A stretch of 64,000 bases of DNA, taken from the NCBI RefSeq assembly GCF_009914755.1, contig NC_060934.1; one strand, given 5' to 3'. Position numbers and translations under genes: made by a program. Numbering within the stretch: position 1 is the stretch's first letter; every line of letters begins with the position of its first letter. Of the stretch, positions 1 to 14,320 are shown piece after piece. Below the pieces are notes generated by a model. It was given only the letters and a program-made list of their open reading frames with translations. It made no database searches and was not told where the DNA came from. Source of the stretch: the human T2T-CHM13v2.0 reference genome, Homo sapiens.

Positions 1-1330
1 ATCACTGATAATTAGAGAAATGCAAATTAAAACTGCAATGAAATATTCTCATCTGTCATGAGAAGGTTGTGGCTGAGTTAAGAGATTGGCAAATCCCCAC
101 CCACCCTGCCCAAAAGCAACTGTAAATGCCATTCTGTAAACAAAAGGAATCAGGAACCCTTGGTGATGTGACTGATTTCAGAGCTGGGGCAGATAAAGTA
201 CAAGCTGAGCTCAGAAAGTGAAGTTGTGCCAGAGGATAAGGAAGTGGCTCAGAGAATGAATGGAACATGTCAAAAGGACACAGAAATTACCTTGAAGGAG
301 CTGACCAAAATGCAGACAATTTAAACAACAAAATAAGTAATGATAGTAATGGAATATAACCCATAGAATAAAAATGAGTCATAAATAAATAAATGGAGAA
401 GGAAAAATATTTCCTTAGAGTAAAATTCTATTTAATATATGTAGATGGATTGATGGGGTTAGAAAAATCACCATTTGGCAGCCACTAGTAATGGTTTCAG
501 GCAGGAGTTTTCAGGGTTTGATAAAACTAGTTGCAAAATTATGATGGGAAACCTGGTATTACTATAGGTTCCAGGTATCTCCCCACAAGATACTTAACAG
601 TGACAAAGGGAAAAAGTAATTTTACAGCTACTGGCAAACATGACCTTAAGCAACAGATCAGGGTTAACACACCAGTGACAGGACAAGCCACCATCGGGTG
701 TGTACCTCCTAATAGTGGTCCACTGAGAAGAACAGTGTCATGTCTGTGGCTTCCTGTCAAAAGTGTATAAACTGAATCTCAGCACGAATAACAGGCAAAC
801 CCAGACTGGGAGGTGTTCTACAAAAATAACTGGCCTGCACTTCTTTAAACTCTGAAAAACGAATGAAGAACTATTCCACAGTTAAAGGCGACATGACAGC
901 TACATACATGGTATGATCCTGGATTTAACTCTGGATCAGAAAATGGTTTTTGTGCTGTAAAGAATACAGGTAGGGCAATTAATGAAATCTGAAGATGGTC
1001 TGTAGATTATAGTATTGCATCAGTGTTGAGTTTCCAGTTTTCATAATTGCACTGTGGTTATGCAAGAGCACATCCATGTTTTAGGAAATACACACTGAAG
1101 CGTTTAGTAAAGGTACATCATATTTACAACTTAACCTTCAAGCATTTCAGGAATCTATATATATACATATACTCTGTCACACACATATATAAACATAAAC
1201 AGATAATGATAAAGCAAATGTAAAATATCAACAGTTTAGAAAACAAGGTGTAGGTTATGCAGAAATTCTTTGTACTGTTTTTCTCAGTCTCTTATTAAGT
1301 GTGAAATTATTTCAAAATTAAACTATTTTG
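1..1330 (+). mobile_element. Old L1M (L1MC/ME-like) fragments, ORF2 end and 3'UTR
   Basis: ATTAGAGAAATGCAAATTAAAAC at 11-33 and L1MC-type 3'UTR text (AGAAATTCTTTGTACTGTTTTT...GTGAAATTATTTCAAAAT). Confidence 0.6.
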
Positions 1331-1387
1331 TAAAACTTTTTAAAAAAGATCTATGATTTTTTTTTTTTTTTTTAAAAAAGCACTCCC

Positions 1388-1685
1388 AGCTGGGCGTGGT
1401 GGCTCACGCCTGTAATCCTAGCATTTTGGGAGGCCAAGGTGGGCAGATCACCAGAGGTCAGGAGTTTGAGACCAGCCTAGCCAACATGGTAAAACCCCAT
1501 CTCTACTAAAAGTACAAAAATTAGCTGGGCGTGGTGGCAGGCGCCTGTAATTTCAGCTACTTGGGAGGCTGAGGCAGGAGAATTGCCTTGAACCCAGGAG
1601 GCGGAGGTTGCAGTGAGCCAAGATCGTACCATTGCACTCTAGCCTGGGCAACAAGAGCGAAACTCCATCTCAAAAAAAAAAAAAA
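1388..1685 (+). mobile_element. AluS
   Basis: Full dimeric Alu with A tail. Confidence 0.95.
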
Positions 1686-2387
1686 ACAAAAAAAACAACA
1701 ACACTCTGTCATGGTTTAGTTTTATTTTTGGTGCTACATAAAGTAATGGTATGTCTTAATCTCACGCTGTCATATTCAATGAAATATGTATATTGTATTT
1801 TATGGAATGTATACTAGAAATATGCTATTAGGAACCAGTTTTATATTTGTATCTTATATCTACTTTGTAACCTTGGGTGAGATACTTAACATGTCTAATC
1901 TGCAGTTTCAGCACATGAATAGTAGTACATGTGTTGTAGGGTTGGGGAAAGTGTGAGATAAAACATTTAAAAGCTAGCAGATGTCTCAGCACTTAGTAAA
2001 CATTCAATTTTGTATTTATATAAAAGTGATATTTGTAAAATCACAAATTTAAGTCAAAGAAGCAGGATGTGCACTTGCTCTGCTGCCTTGTATATCAAAG
2101 TGACATTCCAGAAAAGGAGATGCTGTGCATACTGGTACGTGGGTCCGTCGGGGAAAGTCTGATGGCTAATAGCTTTTAATTAGTTACACTGCCCTTAAGG
2201 CCAGAAATAATGTGAATAAGGGCCGTATGCAGTTTTTCTTGTTTCAAACAACAGTGTATATAAGGTTATAGTGTTTGAGCTATTCAGATGCTGGATGGTT
2301 TAAGAAGGTAGATTTATTTCTGAGATGTGCTTCAGAAAAGAAGTGTGATTTTCACATGGGTCTTCAAATAAGACAGCTAACCTTTGA

Positions 2388-2513
<126 letters not shown>

Positions 2514-3031
2514 TAAGGAACCGCTCTGACTTGATGCCTGGCACAAGTTATAAACACAGAATAGTGCCTTAGTTTGAGTAATGTACTTACAGATTACATT
2601 TTTCCATATTAATTGTAGTTATTTTTAACTCTTTATAGTTGAGATACACTAGAATTTTCAAAACCCTCAGAGTAAAGTATTGAACTACTTTGTTCATTTG
2701 AAAACTAAAAATTAGGAAAGAATCGTTTATTTGTTTCTTTGAAAACTAAAAATACAGAAACAGCTTACTAATGGAAAGGAATAAATTTAATGTGAACAAC
2801 TTATGGTTAGGCCATCAGATTTGACAAATTGATGTATTAAGTGTTTAAAAGATGCAGTAGAATAGAGCTTCACAAGAAAATGTGTTAGCTGTGACAGTGT
2901 TTCACCAAACTGATTACTAAAAACTCTGAACTTTAAAGTTGCTTTGTGAACTTTTTCTAAAAGTGAAACTACATGAAATATGTAAAATCTTACATTAAAA
3001 TAAATGGGAAAAGATAATTTGGGTTTGCTAA

Positions 3032-3229
<198 letters not shown>

Positions 3230-3624
3230 TAATAGATCCTCCTAAAAAGAAATTAATAATATTAGAGGTGAAATAAACATAAACAAGCTTGTTGCACTTG
3301 AGGTTAAAAAAATATGACAACTGTAATTCACCAGCTTAATAAAAGGGTACTGTATATAGAGTTATTGGTGGGGTTATATGTTCAGGAAGTGGGAGTATTT
3401 GTTATGAATTAGTGAACTAGAACTAAGTATTTAGAGAAAGGGAAATGCTTTTAATTTAGATGTTAAGTGTGTACTTTCAAGTTGGATTATTTTTGGACAT
3501 GTTTTAGAATTTTGATTTTTCTATTATATCATTTTTTGGTAACCTTATTAAAAAAACCCATAGTAAAAGTAGACAGTAGATTTATATAGTTTCACTAATA
3601 GTAGGCATCCTGTATTTAAGTTTA

Positions 3625-3983
<359 letters not shown>

Positions 3984-5189
3984 TCAAAAAGGGATGATTT
4001 GTTTTTGTTTTATTGAAGTTAAATATGCTTATTCCAGAAAACTTGGAAAATATAGAAAGATTTCAGAAAAATGTGGCTTATAAAACATTCAGTCCCACAT
4101 TGAGGCAACCATTCTTATGATTTTGCTCCCTTTCTTAAGGTATATATTTTTATAATAGGTGGGGTCATACTAAATATAGTGTTATATCCTATTTGTTTCA
4201 TATATTGTTATTTTTTTCCCATGTCATTAAAAATTATCTGAAAACCTTTTAGAACTGCACCATACTCCATTGATGTTCCACCAGTAAATTGTGTCTGTAT
4301 TACTCTGTTGCTGTATTGTGTCTGTGTTACTCTGTTCATGTGCATAGTTTTTGTACATTTACTGTAATAAAATGATGAAAAACATCTTTGTGCATTACTT
4401 TGCCTGATTTCTTTAGGGTAAGTTTCTAGATCGAGATTAACTATCAGAGCATGACCCTTTCTATTTTGTCAAATTGATTTCTAGAATTGTATTTCCATTA
4501 GTAATGAATGAAGTATACTCTACCTTTGGCTACTTGTATTTTTTTTTTTTTTTAGTCTTTGTTAATATTACTTATTCAAAAATATTCTGCATTTTAAACT
4601 TTTTCATATTTCTAGATTCTAGAAGTGTAAGGGATTCTAGAATCTAGAAACAAGAGGCAGTATCTCTGCACCCCGATTGGGGCCTTATTTAATTGGATTA
4701 ATTTCATAGTAAGGTTTAAAATTCACATTGAAAGCCAGACGTATCTGTCAATACTTATTGTAGGATTTAGGGTACTACTAGAAATTATTTCCAGAAAAAT
4801 ATGTAAAAGAATGTCAGAATTTTTAAAAATTACACAACTACATAAATATTCTTGTAGCAGATTCAGACAGTGTAGCAGTAGGTAGAGTGAAATAAGAAGG
4901 GTTTTTCTTGGACTTCCTCCTCTCCTTGTTTTCTGTCTGGAGGTATTCATTATTGACGCCTGTTGATGGGTCTGATCTTGACATTGAAGTGCTCAATTTA
5001 TGTCTCTGTGTAGTTAAGACCTAGCAAAACCTGGCTTTAAAAAAATGATTTCTAAATTTTTTGGAAACAGTTGCCTTAGAGTGATTTTGTTGATGACAGT
5101 ATTTTAAGTTATCAAAATAAATACATTGGCTGTATAGAAGTAGGTGATTTTGAGAAAAAATTGTTTGAATGAGTTCTTTTTTCCTTTAG

Positions 5190-5372
<183 letters not shown>

Positions 5373-6523
5373 TGAGATTTATTTGCATGTTGACTTTTAT
5401 ACCAATTGGACTTGCAAAAAATAATGCATTTCTAATTTAATGCTTTCTTGTAGTATTATGTATACATAACTTTCTGTGCATTGTATTGTGTTAAATGCAC
5501 AAGTAGGGCAACTAAAGAATAAACATTTCCTTGCTTTGTTTTAGGAGTTCTTACTTGTCAGTAGCTCTAGATTTGGCATAATCTGACAGATTCTTAGTAT
5601 GGTGTGTGATCAGGATCATGTAAGACTTTTAGTTGTAGCGTTACACAGTTTTGTGAACGTCTCAATTTCCTCTTTACTTCCTCTGATTTCAGTTCAGGTT
5701 TTTTGGTTTTGTTTTGTTTTTTACCTTTGGCTTAACCATGCCATCAGATCACTGAGCAGCTGGGGCCTTAAATACAGTTCAGTGCTCCCAGTGTTTCCAT
5801 TTCATGTTTTAATTCTCATTTTAAAACCTGCTTTAACAGCCTGCTTCTGAAAACTACCATAATTATCTTTGTGGTAGTATGATAATAAAATTGAAATACA
5901 ACTAAACATTCTGCTCAGAAATATTTTTTTAAAAGATTTTTCTTGTGTTCAAGTACATAAGAATTAGATTTGCATTTGGAATACTTTGGCCACTGATCTC
6001 AGGTCTGAAAATTTAAAGTATCTTAAAATGTAACACTGCCATCTGCGGAAAGTAGTCTCATATGTAGCATGATAGCCTTTATTATCTAGATTTACTATGA
6101 CATATATGCTAGTTACTTACACTTTTAATATTTTTTTCTGATAGTATTATAATACCGCCTTTTATTAGTTTTCTGGTAGTGATAACTACAGATAAATAAA
6201 TAGAAATCAATGTTTCTGATTTCTTAGTTGTTAAGTCATTCTCTCTTTATATCCTTTTTGAAATATCTAAGAAGTCACTTTCATAGATGTTCATTTTGTA
6301 ACTGCCTGTATTTTATGTGACTTTTTCAGCAGTCAAGTATGAGACTCTCTGCAAAAACAGTGTCTGTTGGGAAGAGGAAAAGTTGGAGAAGGATGTTTGT
6401 GTTTTGTGCTTTGTGGTGGGGGCAGATTGGACTATCTAGCTATGACTGTCAGCACAACTTTCTCTTTTCCTCCCTCTACCCAGTATAGGTTAACTCTAAT
6501 CTTAGCTTTGCACTGTGTTCCAG

Positions 6524-6628
6524 ATGCGGCAGGCCAGAAGGCTGTCGAACCCTTGTATACAGAGGTATACATCAAGAGCTGGTGAATGCAGCACGTATGT
6601 GGGCTCTCACGCAAACGTGCCTTCTTAG
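6524..6628 (+). CDS. PLEKHA1: PLEKHA1 alternative exon: MRQARRLSNPCIQRYTSRAGECSTYVGSHANVPS* when read to the stop; internal donor after 6564 gives a 41-nt cassette
   Basis: TTCCAG acceptor ending 6523; open in phase 0 to TAG at 6626-6628; AG|GTATAC donor at 6564/6565; peptide matches my recollection of TAPP1 alternative C-termini. Confidence 0.8.
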   Translation: MRQARRLSNPCIQRYTSRAGECSTYVGSHANVPS

Positions 6629-7740
6629 TGGAGGGCCCAGACTTACTACTTACAACTGATCATAGAAAGTTGAGTTAACCAAACTGCCTTTTGCAGTTAT
6701 CATAACTGATTTTGTCAATACTAACGCAAACTGTTTCACTGTAGTCATCAGGTTGGATATGTGTATTTAAAAATAAAAAATAAAACATACAACTTTACTA
6801 ACAGAAAGAGACATTAACATATAAAAATTAATATACTCAACTGCTGCAAGAGTTTCAATTTTATATTATGTATTTAAAAATTTTTAAGATACAATACTTA
6901 CGAAATGCACCATTGTTCTAATAATATATGCAAACTAATGCATGCATATGCATTGGATAAACTGTACATTACTATAGTTTGCATGGCATTTAAAAATCTC
7001 TGAAATTTAGCCATCTAATAGGACTCTGTAGTGTTTTGGTAATTTGTAGCACTTTGATTTCAAAGCCACTGGTATCATAAATGAATATAATATACTAGTA
7101 TATAGCAATGTATTTAGAATGGTCATATTTAAGGATATTTTCAGATTTGATCTAGTTAGAAGCATATTGAAATTAACATTCTCAACTACTAATTATTTCA
7201 CCACAGTTTAAAATGTGATAAATGTGTACCCTTTGTTACCTTTAAAATATTAAGCCATATGAATATATGACCTATTCAGAACTAAAATTAAGTAAAAAAT
7301 GAAAAGACTGTGCTATTATTGGTTGCAGTGAAATTCAGGGAAGTAAAAACTAAGTCTTATCAGCAGAATAATGTTTGAAAGATGATTCGTGCTTATTAAA
7401 GAAATATGGCCTTTCATTGTTATAGTCTATATTTTAATTTTTTTCATTCTAAAATATGTGGGATAATTCCTAGTGTTGACTGAGAATATACTCTTAAATA
7501 AAATGATACAGCTGGGAGGTTCTCTTTTAAACACAGTTCAGTTGCAGCTGGAACACTGTATTTCAGTTTAGGTTGGCTGAATCTTCAAAGTGTCATAGGC
7601 TGCCAAATTCAGCTTTGGTGACGGAACTGGTTTCCTAGTGGAAATGGTTTTTGGCTATCATTGCTTTAAACTCACCTCTAAAAACGCGTTGCTTTGGGAA
7701 AGAACTTGCACATTTATGCTGCATGGCTTCTGCTGCTGCC

Positions 7741-7742
<2 letters not shown>

Positions 7743-7772
<30 letters not shown>
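7743..7772 (+). repeat. (TG)15 microsatellite near the last PLEKHA1 acceptor
   Basis: Direct reading. Confidence 0.97.
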
Positions 7773-7776
<4 letters not shown>

Positions 7777-7832
7777 ATTTGTTTTTCAGAGAATCAAGTC
7801 TCACACTGAGTTACTAACCTGGTCATGAGTGA

Positions 7833-8180
<348 letters not shown>

Positions 8181-9357
8181 GGCAGAAGCGCACGGAGCCT
8201 GCCTGCCTCTGCCGTCCTCAGTTTCCTTTCATGAGGCTTCTAGCCAAAGATGATAAAGGGGGAAATGGTTTTTAGTGCGTATATTATACTGCCTCTTAGG
8301 TGTACTCTTTATAAGCTGGTAAACCAAGAATCTAGGGAGTGGCCAAACTAAATATAATTTCTTTAAAAAAGAAAGAAAAAGGAAAAATCCAAAATATCTC
8401 AGTATCATCTGTCTGAAGCATTGTGTGTTCTCATTCGGGTGGTAACAATGTATGTGTAATATTTTTTTCTTAGTGATTTTGACAGTTTAAATGTTTAACA
8501 ACTTAAAGCATTAAAAATGCTTATTAATAACTTTGGTCATTTAAAAAATGCTACAATGACTTCCTATTAAAGGTTCAATATTTACACATTCTTATTGGTT
8601 GATATTACCACATGAAATATTGCCAGACCAAGATACCTAAACTCATGATGTCTGTGGTGCTGTAAAATTTATACTAAAATGTGGACTATTTTGAAATTAT
8701 AACCATTTTTGATGCCCTGAATCTTGAGGTGACTTATTTTGCATAGAGGATATGGATAGACCAACAGTAAGGGTTGTGGGTTATACCGGCATAGAGAAAA
8801 GAAGAAAACTAGAATTGAAACAACTGTGTCTTAGACATTTGTTTGAAAAAGCTTCATCAGGCCTTGGAGCAGTCACTGCTTTATTCCGCAAAAATTATTT
8901 GGTAGGAAATTTTTGGGAGATCTGATTTTCTTATCCAAGTTTTGTAAATAGTTGTTATTTCTATATTTGGATTGGTGAAAGACCTCAAGTTTATATGTAA
9001 AGACATAACTGCCCTTAGTCATGAAATTGTTGTGACCTCTACTTTTTGTCACTAATAGCCTACATTCAAGTGCCTGTGTTTTTTCATCTTGTTTAGGAAT
9101 GTTTTGAGATTAATGTGCTTAAAAGTCCTACGTGACTGATTTTAAACATTGTGATAAAATTAATTTTCAGTAGAATAGTTGAATGTGTTAAGATAGGATT
9201 TTATGTTAGAGATACCAGAATGCTGGTATTCTACTACTTGTGCAATATATATGTTTTAAAAAACAAATTTGAGAATACATTTAATCATAGGGATATAGAT
9301 ATAAGCACCTCTCTAAAGAATCTTTAGTTTCCGACGTTGAATTATAGACCAGTTTGA

Positions 9358-9662
<305 letters not shown>

Positions 9663-10568
9663 CATAAGTACCGTTTTTGAGGTTCAGTCTTAAACATTTG
9701 CTTTAAGAAAACAGTCTTGAATTTCACATGCTGCTATTTTTATATTTTGCCATTTTACAGTACTGTTTTGTTTTGAATTCATGCATATCATTGAAAATTT
9801 CTCGTTTTCATTTTCTTAGATGACTTCTTGTCTGAGACAGAAAAATTTCCTACTACAGCAGTGCAGTCCAGAGGTTAAGATGTATTAGAATTATACAATA
9901 TCAGTTTAAAAATCTGTATGCATAAAGAATGCACCACTCAACTTTTTTATTCATAAGCTAATATTTTTTTAAAGTTACATTAAGATTTTTTCTCTTTTGC
10001 AGCTACATTTGAAAGTGATAGAATAAAGAGATTTTAATGAGTTATCACTTTTTCAGCTGATATATTCATTTTAATGGCTTTTTTGAAAGTTCCTTTTTCA
10101 TGAACACACCCGAGAAATCTTAAATAGACACTTTGCAATATTTAAGAACCTAATGCTGTTTAATTTTGGTACAGCTTCCACATTGCATGTTCACTTTAGT
10201 ATTTGCAATTTGATATATTTCATGGTGGCAAAATATTAGCTCTGTTTTGGGACATTTTAAAATAGAACTATCCTTGTTCGATAGCATAGGAAAATGTTCT
10301 GGTGATTGTCAGGGTCTCCTAATATTTATCTCAATTCTTTTATAAGTCTATGGAAATTATTTAATTATTTTAAAACGTACACACTTTTCTTGTAAATATG
10401 TCACATCTGAGTTCAAAAAAATTACTTTGAATACCTTAATATTTGCTGCATTTTTTTCCGTATATATAACATGTCTTCTTTCAGAATGGGAATATATGTG
10501 TGCCTCCCAACATTTACTGTTAAAGTGTGTTATCTTTATATGTCAAACTGGTTGAACACTGTAATGAG

Positions 10569-10574
10569 AATAAA
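10569..10574 (+). terminator. Probable distal polyadenylation signal of PLEKHA1
   Basis: AATAAA with downstream TTTTGTTTGGTT tract at ~10606-10617. Confidence 0.6.
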
Positions 10575-12823
10575 CTGCACAGAGTTTATTCTGACTTATT
10601 TCTCATTTTGTTTGGTTCAGCCCTTGTGTGATGAAGTAAATACAATGATTAGGGGTGTGTTTGGTTAATTGACTTCAGTTTACATATTTAAGGACAGAGT
10701 AATTATTTGGTCATCTTTGCAAGAATAAGAAACTTCAGATCTGTGAATTCTTAATGCATCCCTGCATGTGAAATTATAGAAGGAAAAATGATTTTTTTTT
10801 TGATAGGGGAAAGAACTTGCTTATTTTTCTTAATTAAAAAACATGTTCTCAAAAGCAGAATTATCATATGTTAGCCTCAGAGCATCGTGTGGATCATCTG
10901 GGCTGCTTACAGTGCTCCATGATTATTTAGACGGCATGATGTAAGGCGGAAAGCAGAGGGCATCTTAATCTCCGGGTGGGCAGTTGAGATGCACTCAAAA
11001 AACTATGTCGGGTGTTAGAGGCTGCTCCTTGCAAACGTTCCCTATTGGTGATAAATATTCCACGTCTGTTGCGGTGAACACCATATACAGGGCCTAGTGC
11101 AGTGCTTGGTGCACTTGGTAAAGCTTAAATACTTCTCCAGTGAGGACAAGGCATTACCGTAGAATGTGTGAACTTCCCACATTAGAGAAAAGTGTATACC
11201 TATTTGTTAGATAAATTGTACTTTTGAATTTCTGGAATATTCTTTCCTTAAAGCAACTTGCCTTCAATGATTCGAGATACCTTCTTTTGCTTGTTGTGTC
11301 TAATCCATTGTCAGATCCTGCTGCTTTTCCCTGGCATGTTCATACCTTGTTCTCTGAAATTCAGCCGGGAATGACTTTGAACCAGTATGTCTGCTCACCT
11401 ATTCATGTCCTGTTGGGGCTCTCCTGGACTACCCTATTCCTGTCATTGTGCAGAGTAGGTATCAAAGTAGACATCTTCATCTGTTGCCTTTTCCTGAAAA
11501 GCTGAATGACGACTTAAAGATCAGCTAGGCCAAGCCCCCACCATCAATGCTAACTGAGATAAATTGAGACCCCAGAAAGGAGGAGGATTTGCCTGGCCCA
11601 TGGGGCACGTTAGCAACGAAGCTGTAACTGTTGGCTTCTCACTGTACTTGGGAGCATCATTAGGATCTGTGCCCAGGGTGTAGCTAGAGTAATCCAGCCA
11701 AATATACCAGGTTGCTTCCTAATAACCTATGGCATTCCGCACCTCCTCTCCAAAACACATAGGCTTAGTGTTCTTTTTTTTTTCTCAGTCTTTTTCTGAA
11801 GGCCATTTGTTGTGTGAAATGGCTTTCTTCATCTTAGACCTTCAGATCTCTGTTGAATCAAGTGACTTGTGAATGTCTAGCCATGCAACAGCAGCTCACG
11901 TACTTCCGGTGTGTGTTCTAATATGCTGCTGCTACAAATGGATGGAATACATTGTCCTAGAATGCAAGGACCTTGAGGTTTGTGTCTGCGTTTCACCTGT
12001 TAGGTTTTCTGTAGTTCTGTTAGACGATGGATATGTTTATGTTTGATACCCCTTTATTGCAGCATGTTCAGCACTTTCAAAAAGGAGAGCATTTAGTATT
12101 TGGTTCTATTTAGGAAGGGCTTTTAATTATTTCCAAGAACTTATCTAGGTTTAGCAAATGAAGCTTTAATTTTTTTAGTATGTCCTACCTATTTTTCTGA
12201 AATATTATTTTCTTACCAAAAGTGCCATTGCGTGTGTAAGCCATGTTTTCTTGTTCACGCCAGCCATGGGAGGTGATAATAGCCTGGGTAACAATTTCAG
12301 TCATACTTGTCCAGGAGCCTGCTTCCTTGAAAGTGACTGATGTTCCGGTGTTCCTTTCTTTCCCATTGGGTCTTGGACACCTGATTGTTACCATGGTGTT
12401 TGTCCACTGCTGCTATGGTCTTGTTGATGCTGCTCCAAATATGTAGCTGTGTTTTCTGGATACATAATTTTTATTTAAAGCTTATTCCTGGACACATTTT
12501 GTCCATTTTTGAAAAGATCTAAACTAATTTGACTAGTAGAATTAGGCTAACAATACATGGTTCAAGGAAAAATACTGCCTTTTGTAATAAAAGTTTCTTC
12601 TTGCCTAGTGTCTCATTGGTCTGAATATAATGGCTGTCTTAGACCCGGCATCCTGGCGCCTGTCTTCAACTCTAGTTCTGCCGTATGTGACTTTAGGCAA
12701 GTGTGTGTGTTTCGGAACTTCATTTTCTACATTATATAAAATGGAATTGGATAAAAGCTACATCTGTCTTGGTAATTATTATTATTAACTGATGCAACTT
12801 TTTTTCCTTTGAAAAGTATTTTT

Positions 12824-13225
12824 TTTATTATTTAAGTTTTAGGGTACATGTGCACAATGTGCAGGTTAGTTACATATGTATACATGTGCCATGCTGGTGT
12901 GCTGCACCCATTAACTCGTCATTTAGCATTAGGTATATCTCCTAATGCTATCCCTCCCCCCTCCCCCCACCCCCCAACAGTCCCCAGAGTGTGATGTTCC
13001 CCTTCCTGTGTCCATGTGTTCTCATTGTTCAATTCCCATCTATGAGTGAGAACATGCGGTGTTTGGTTTTTTGTCCTTGCGATAGTTTACTGAGAATGAT
13101 GATTTCCAATTTCATCCATGTCCCTACAAAGGACATGAACTCATCATTTTTTATGGCTGCATAGTATTCCATGGTGTATATGTGCCACATTTTCTTAATC
13201 CAGTCGATCATTGTTGGACATTTGG
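12824..13225 (-). mobile_element. 5'-truncated young primate L1 (L1PA2/PA3-like) with TSD
   Basis: ORF 13029-13211 is the L1 ORF2 C-terminus (WIKKMWHIYTMEYYAAIK); L1 3'UTR; TSD GAAAAGTATTTTT at 12811-12823 and 13226-13238. Confidence 0.93.
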
Positions 13226-13814
13226 GAAAAGTATTTTTAATGTTTTTATCCTAAACCCAAAATAAGAAGGGAAAGCTGTAAACATTTTTGCTTTAACAAA
13301 AAGGAAATCCCTTTCTTAGCTTTTCTTTCACTTCTAGTTGCAGTTCAGGAATTTTCTGTAAGTGGTGCTTGTACCTTTATCAAAAGTTCTGTTAACAGTT
13401 GGTGAGGCAAGAAATATTTGTATCAAAAATGCAAAGATATGACAGCTTAATACCAGATCTCAGTGTTCAGAAGTTTAGTCCATATAGGATTTGTGTATGT
13501 TATCTATTTTTTAAATGATTAAATTGTATGTTTTAAACCTCAAGTAAGACACATGTTGAAAATATGGCTGAATTGAGGCTAGCATTTACAGTTTTGATTG
13601 ATGAAATCTGTATTTTTTGATACATTTAATAGTGCCTTACTGTGGTATATTCATGTGGTAATAGCGCCACCTTCTGGTTATATCATTGCTAAATTTAAAA
13701 TTTGGAAATTTGGAGTCTGTTTATTGCCTCCATCGTAGAAAATTAGATAAGATATGTGATTGCCTAGGATAGTTTTGAAATTAATATAAAATTCAAACTA
13801 ACATTTACAAATTA

Positions 13815-14320
13815 TAAATTTTTTATTTAGAGATGATTGTAGGTTCACATATAGTTGTAAGAAATAAAACTTTCCAAACTTTCAAAATGGGGAATATTTA
13901 GTATTTGGTCCTATTTGGAAAGAGCTTTAATTATTTCCAAGAACTTACCTGGGTTTAGAAAATGAAGTTTTGGTTTTTTAATTATGTCCTACCTGTCAAT
14001 TTCTGTTTCTGTAAGAAATAATGTAGACCCACACGCCTGTAGTCCCAGCTATTCAGGAAGCTGAGGCAATTGGAACACTTGAGCTTAGGGGTTTGAGATC
14101 AGCCTGGGCAGAATAATGAGACACCATCTCAAAAAAAAAAAAAGAAAAGAAAAAGATATTGTGTACCCTTTACTCAGTTTCCCCCCAACAGCATCTTGAA
14201 AAACTAATACAGTATTATAACCAAGATACTGACACTGATACAGTCAAGATGCAGAACAGTTCCATCATCACAAAGGCCCCTCTTTGTTGTTCTTTTTATA
14301 GTCACATCCATCTCCTATTC
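13815..14320 (-). mobile_element. L1MC-like 3' end interrupted by a local duplication and an Alu monomer (14028-14155, +)
   Basis: AGTTGTAAGAAATAA...GTACCCTTTACTCAGTTTCCCC...GATACAGTCAAGATGCAGAAC matches L1MC 3'UTR. Confidence 0.65.

Noticed and set aside
13029-13211. L1 ORF2 peptide as an active retrotransposon gene
   Set aside because: Only the last 400 bp of the element is present
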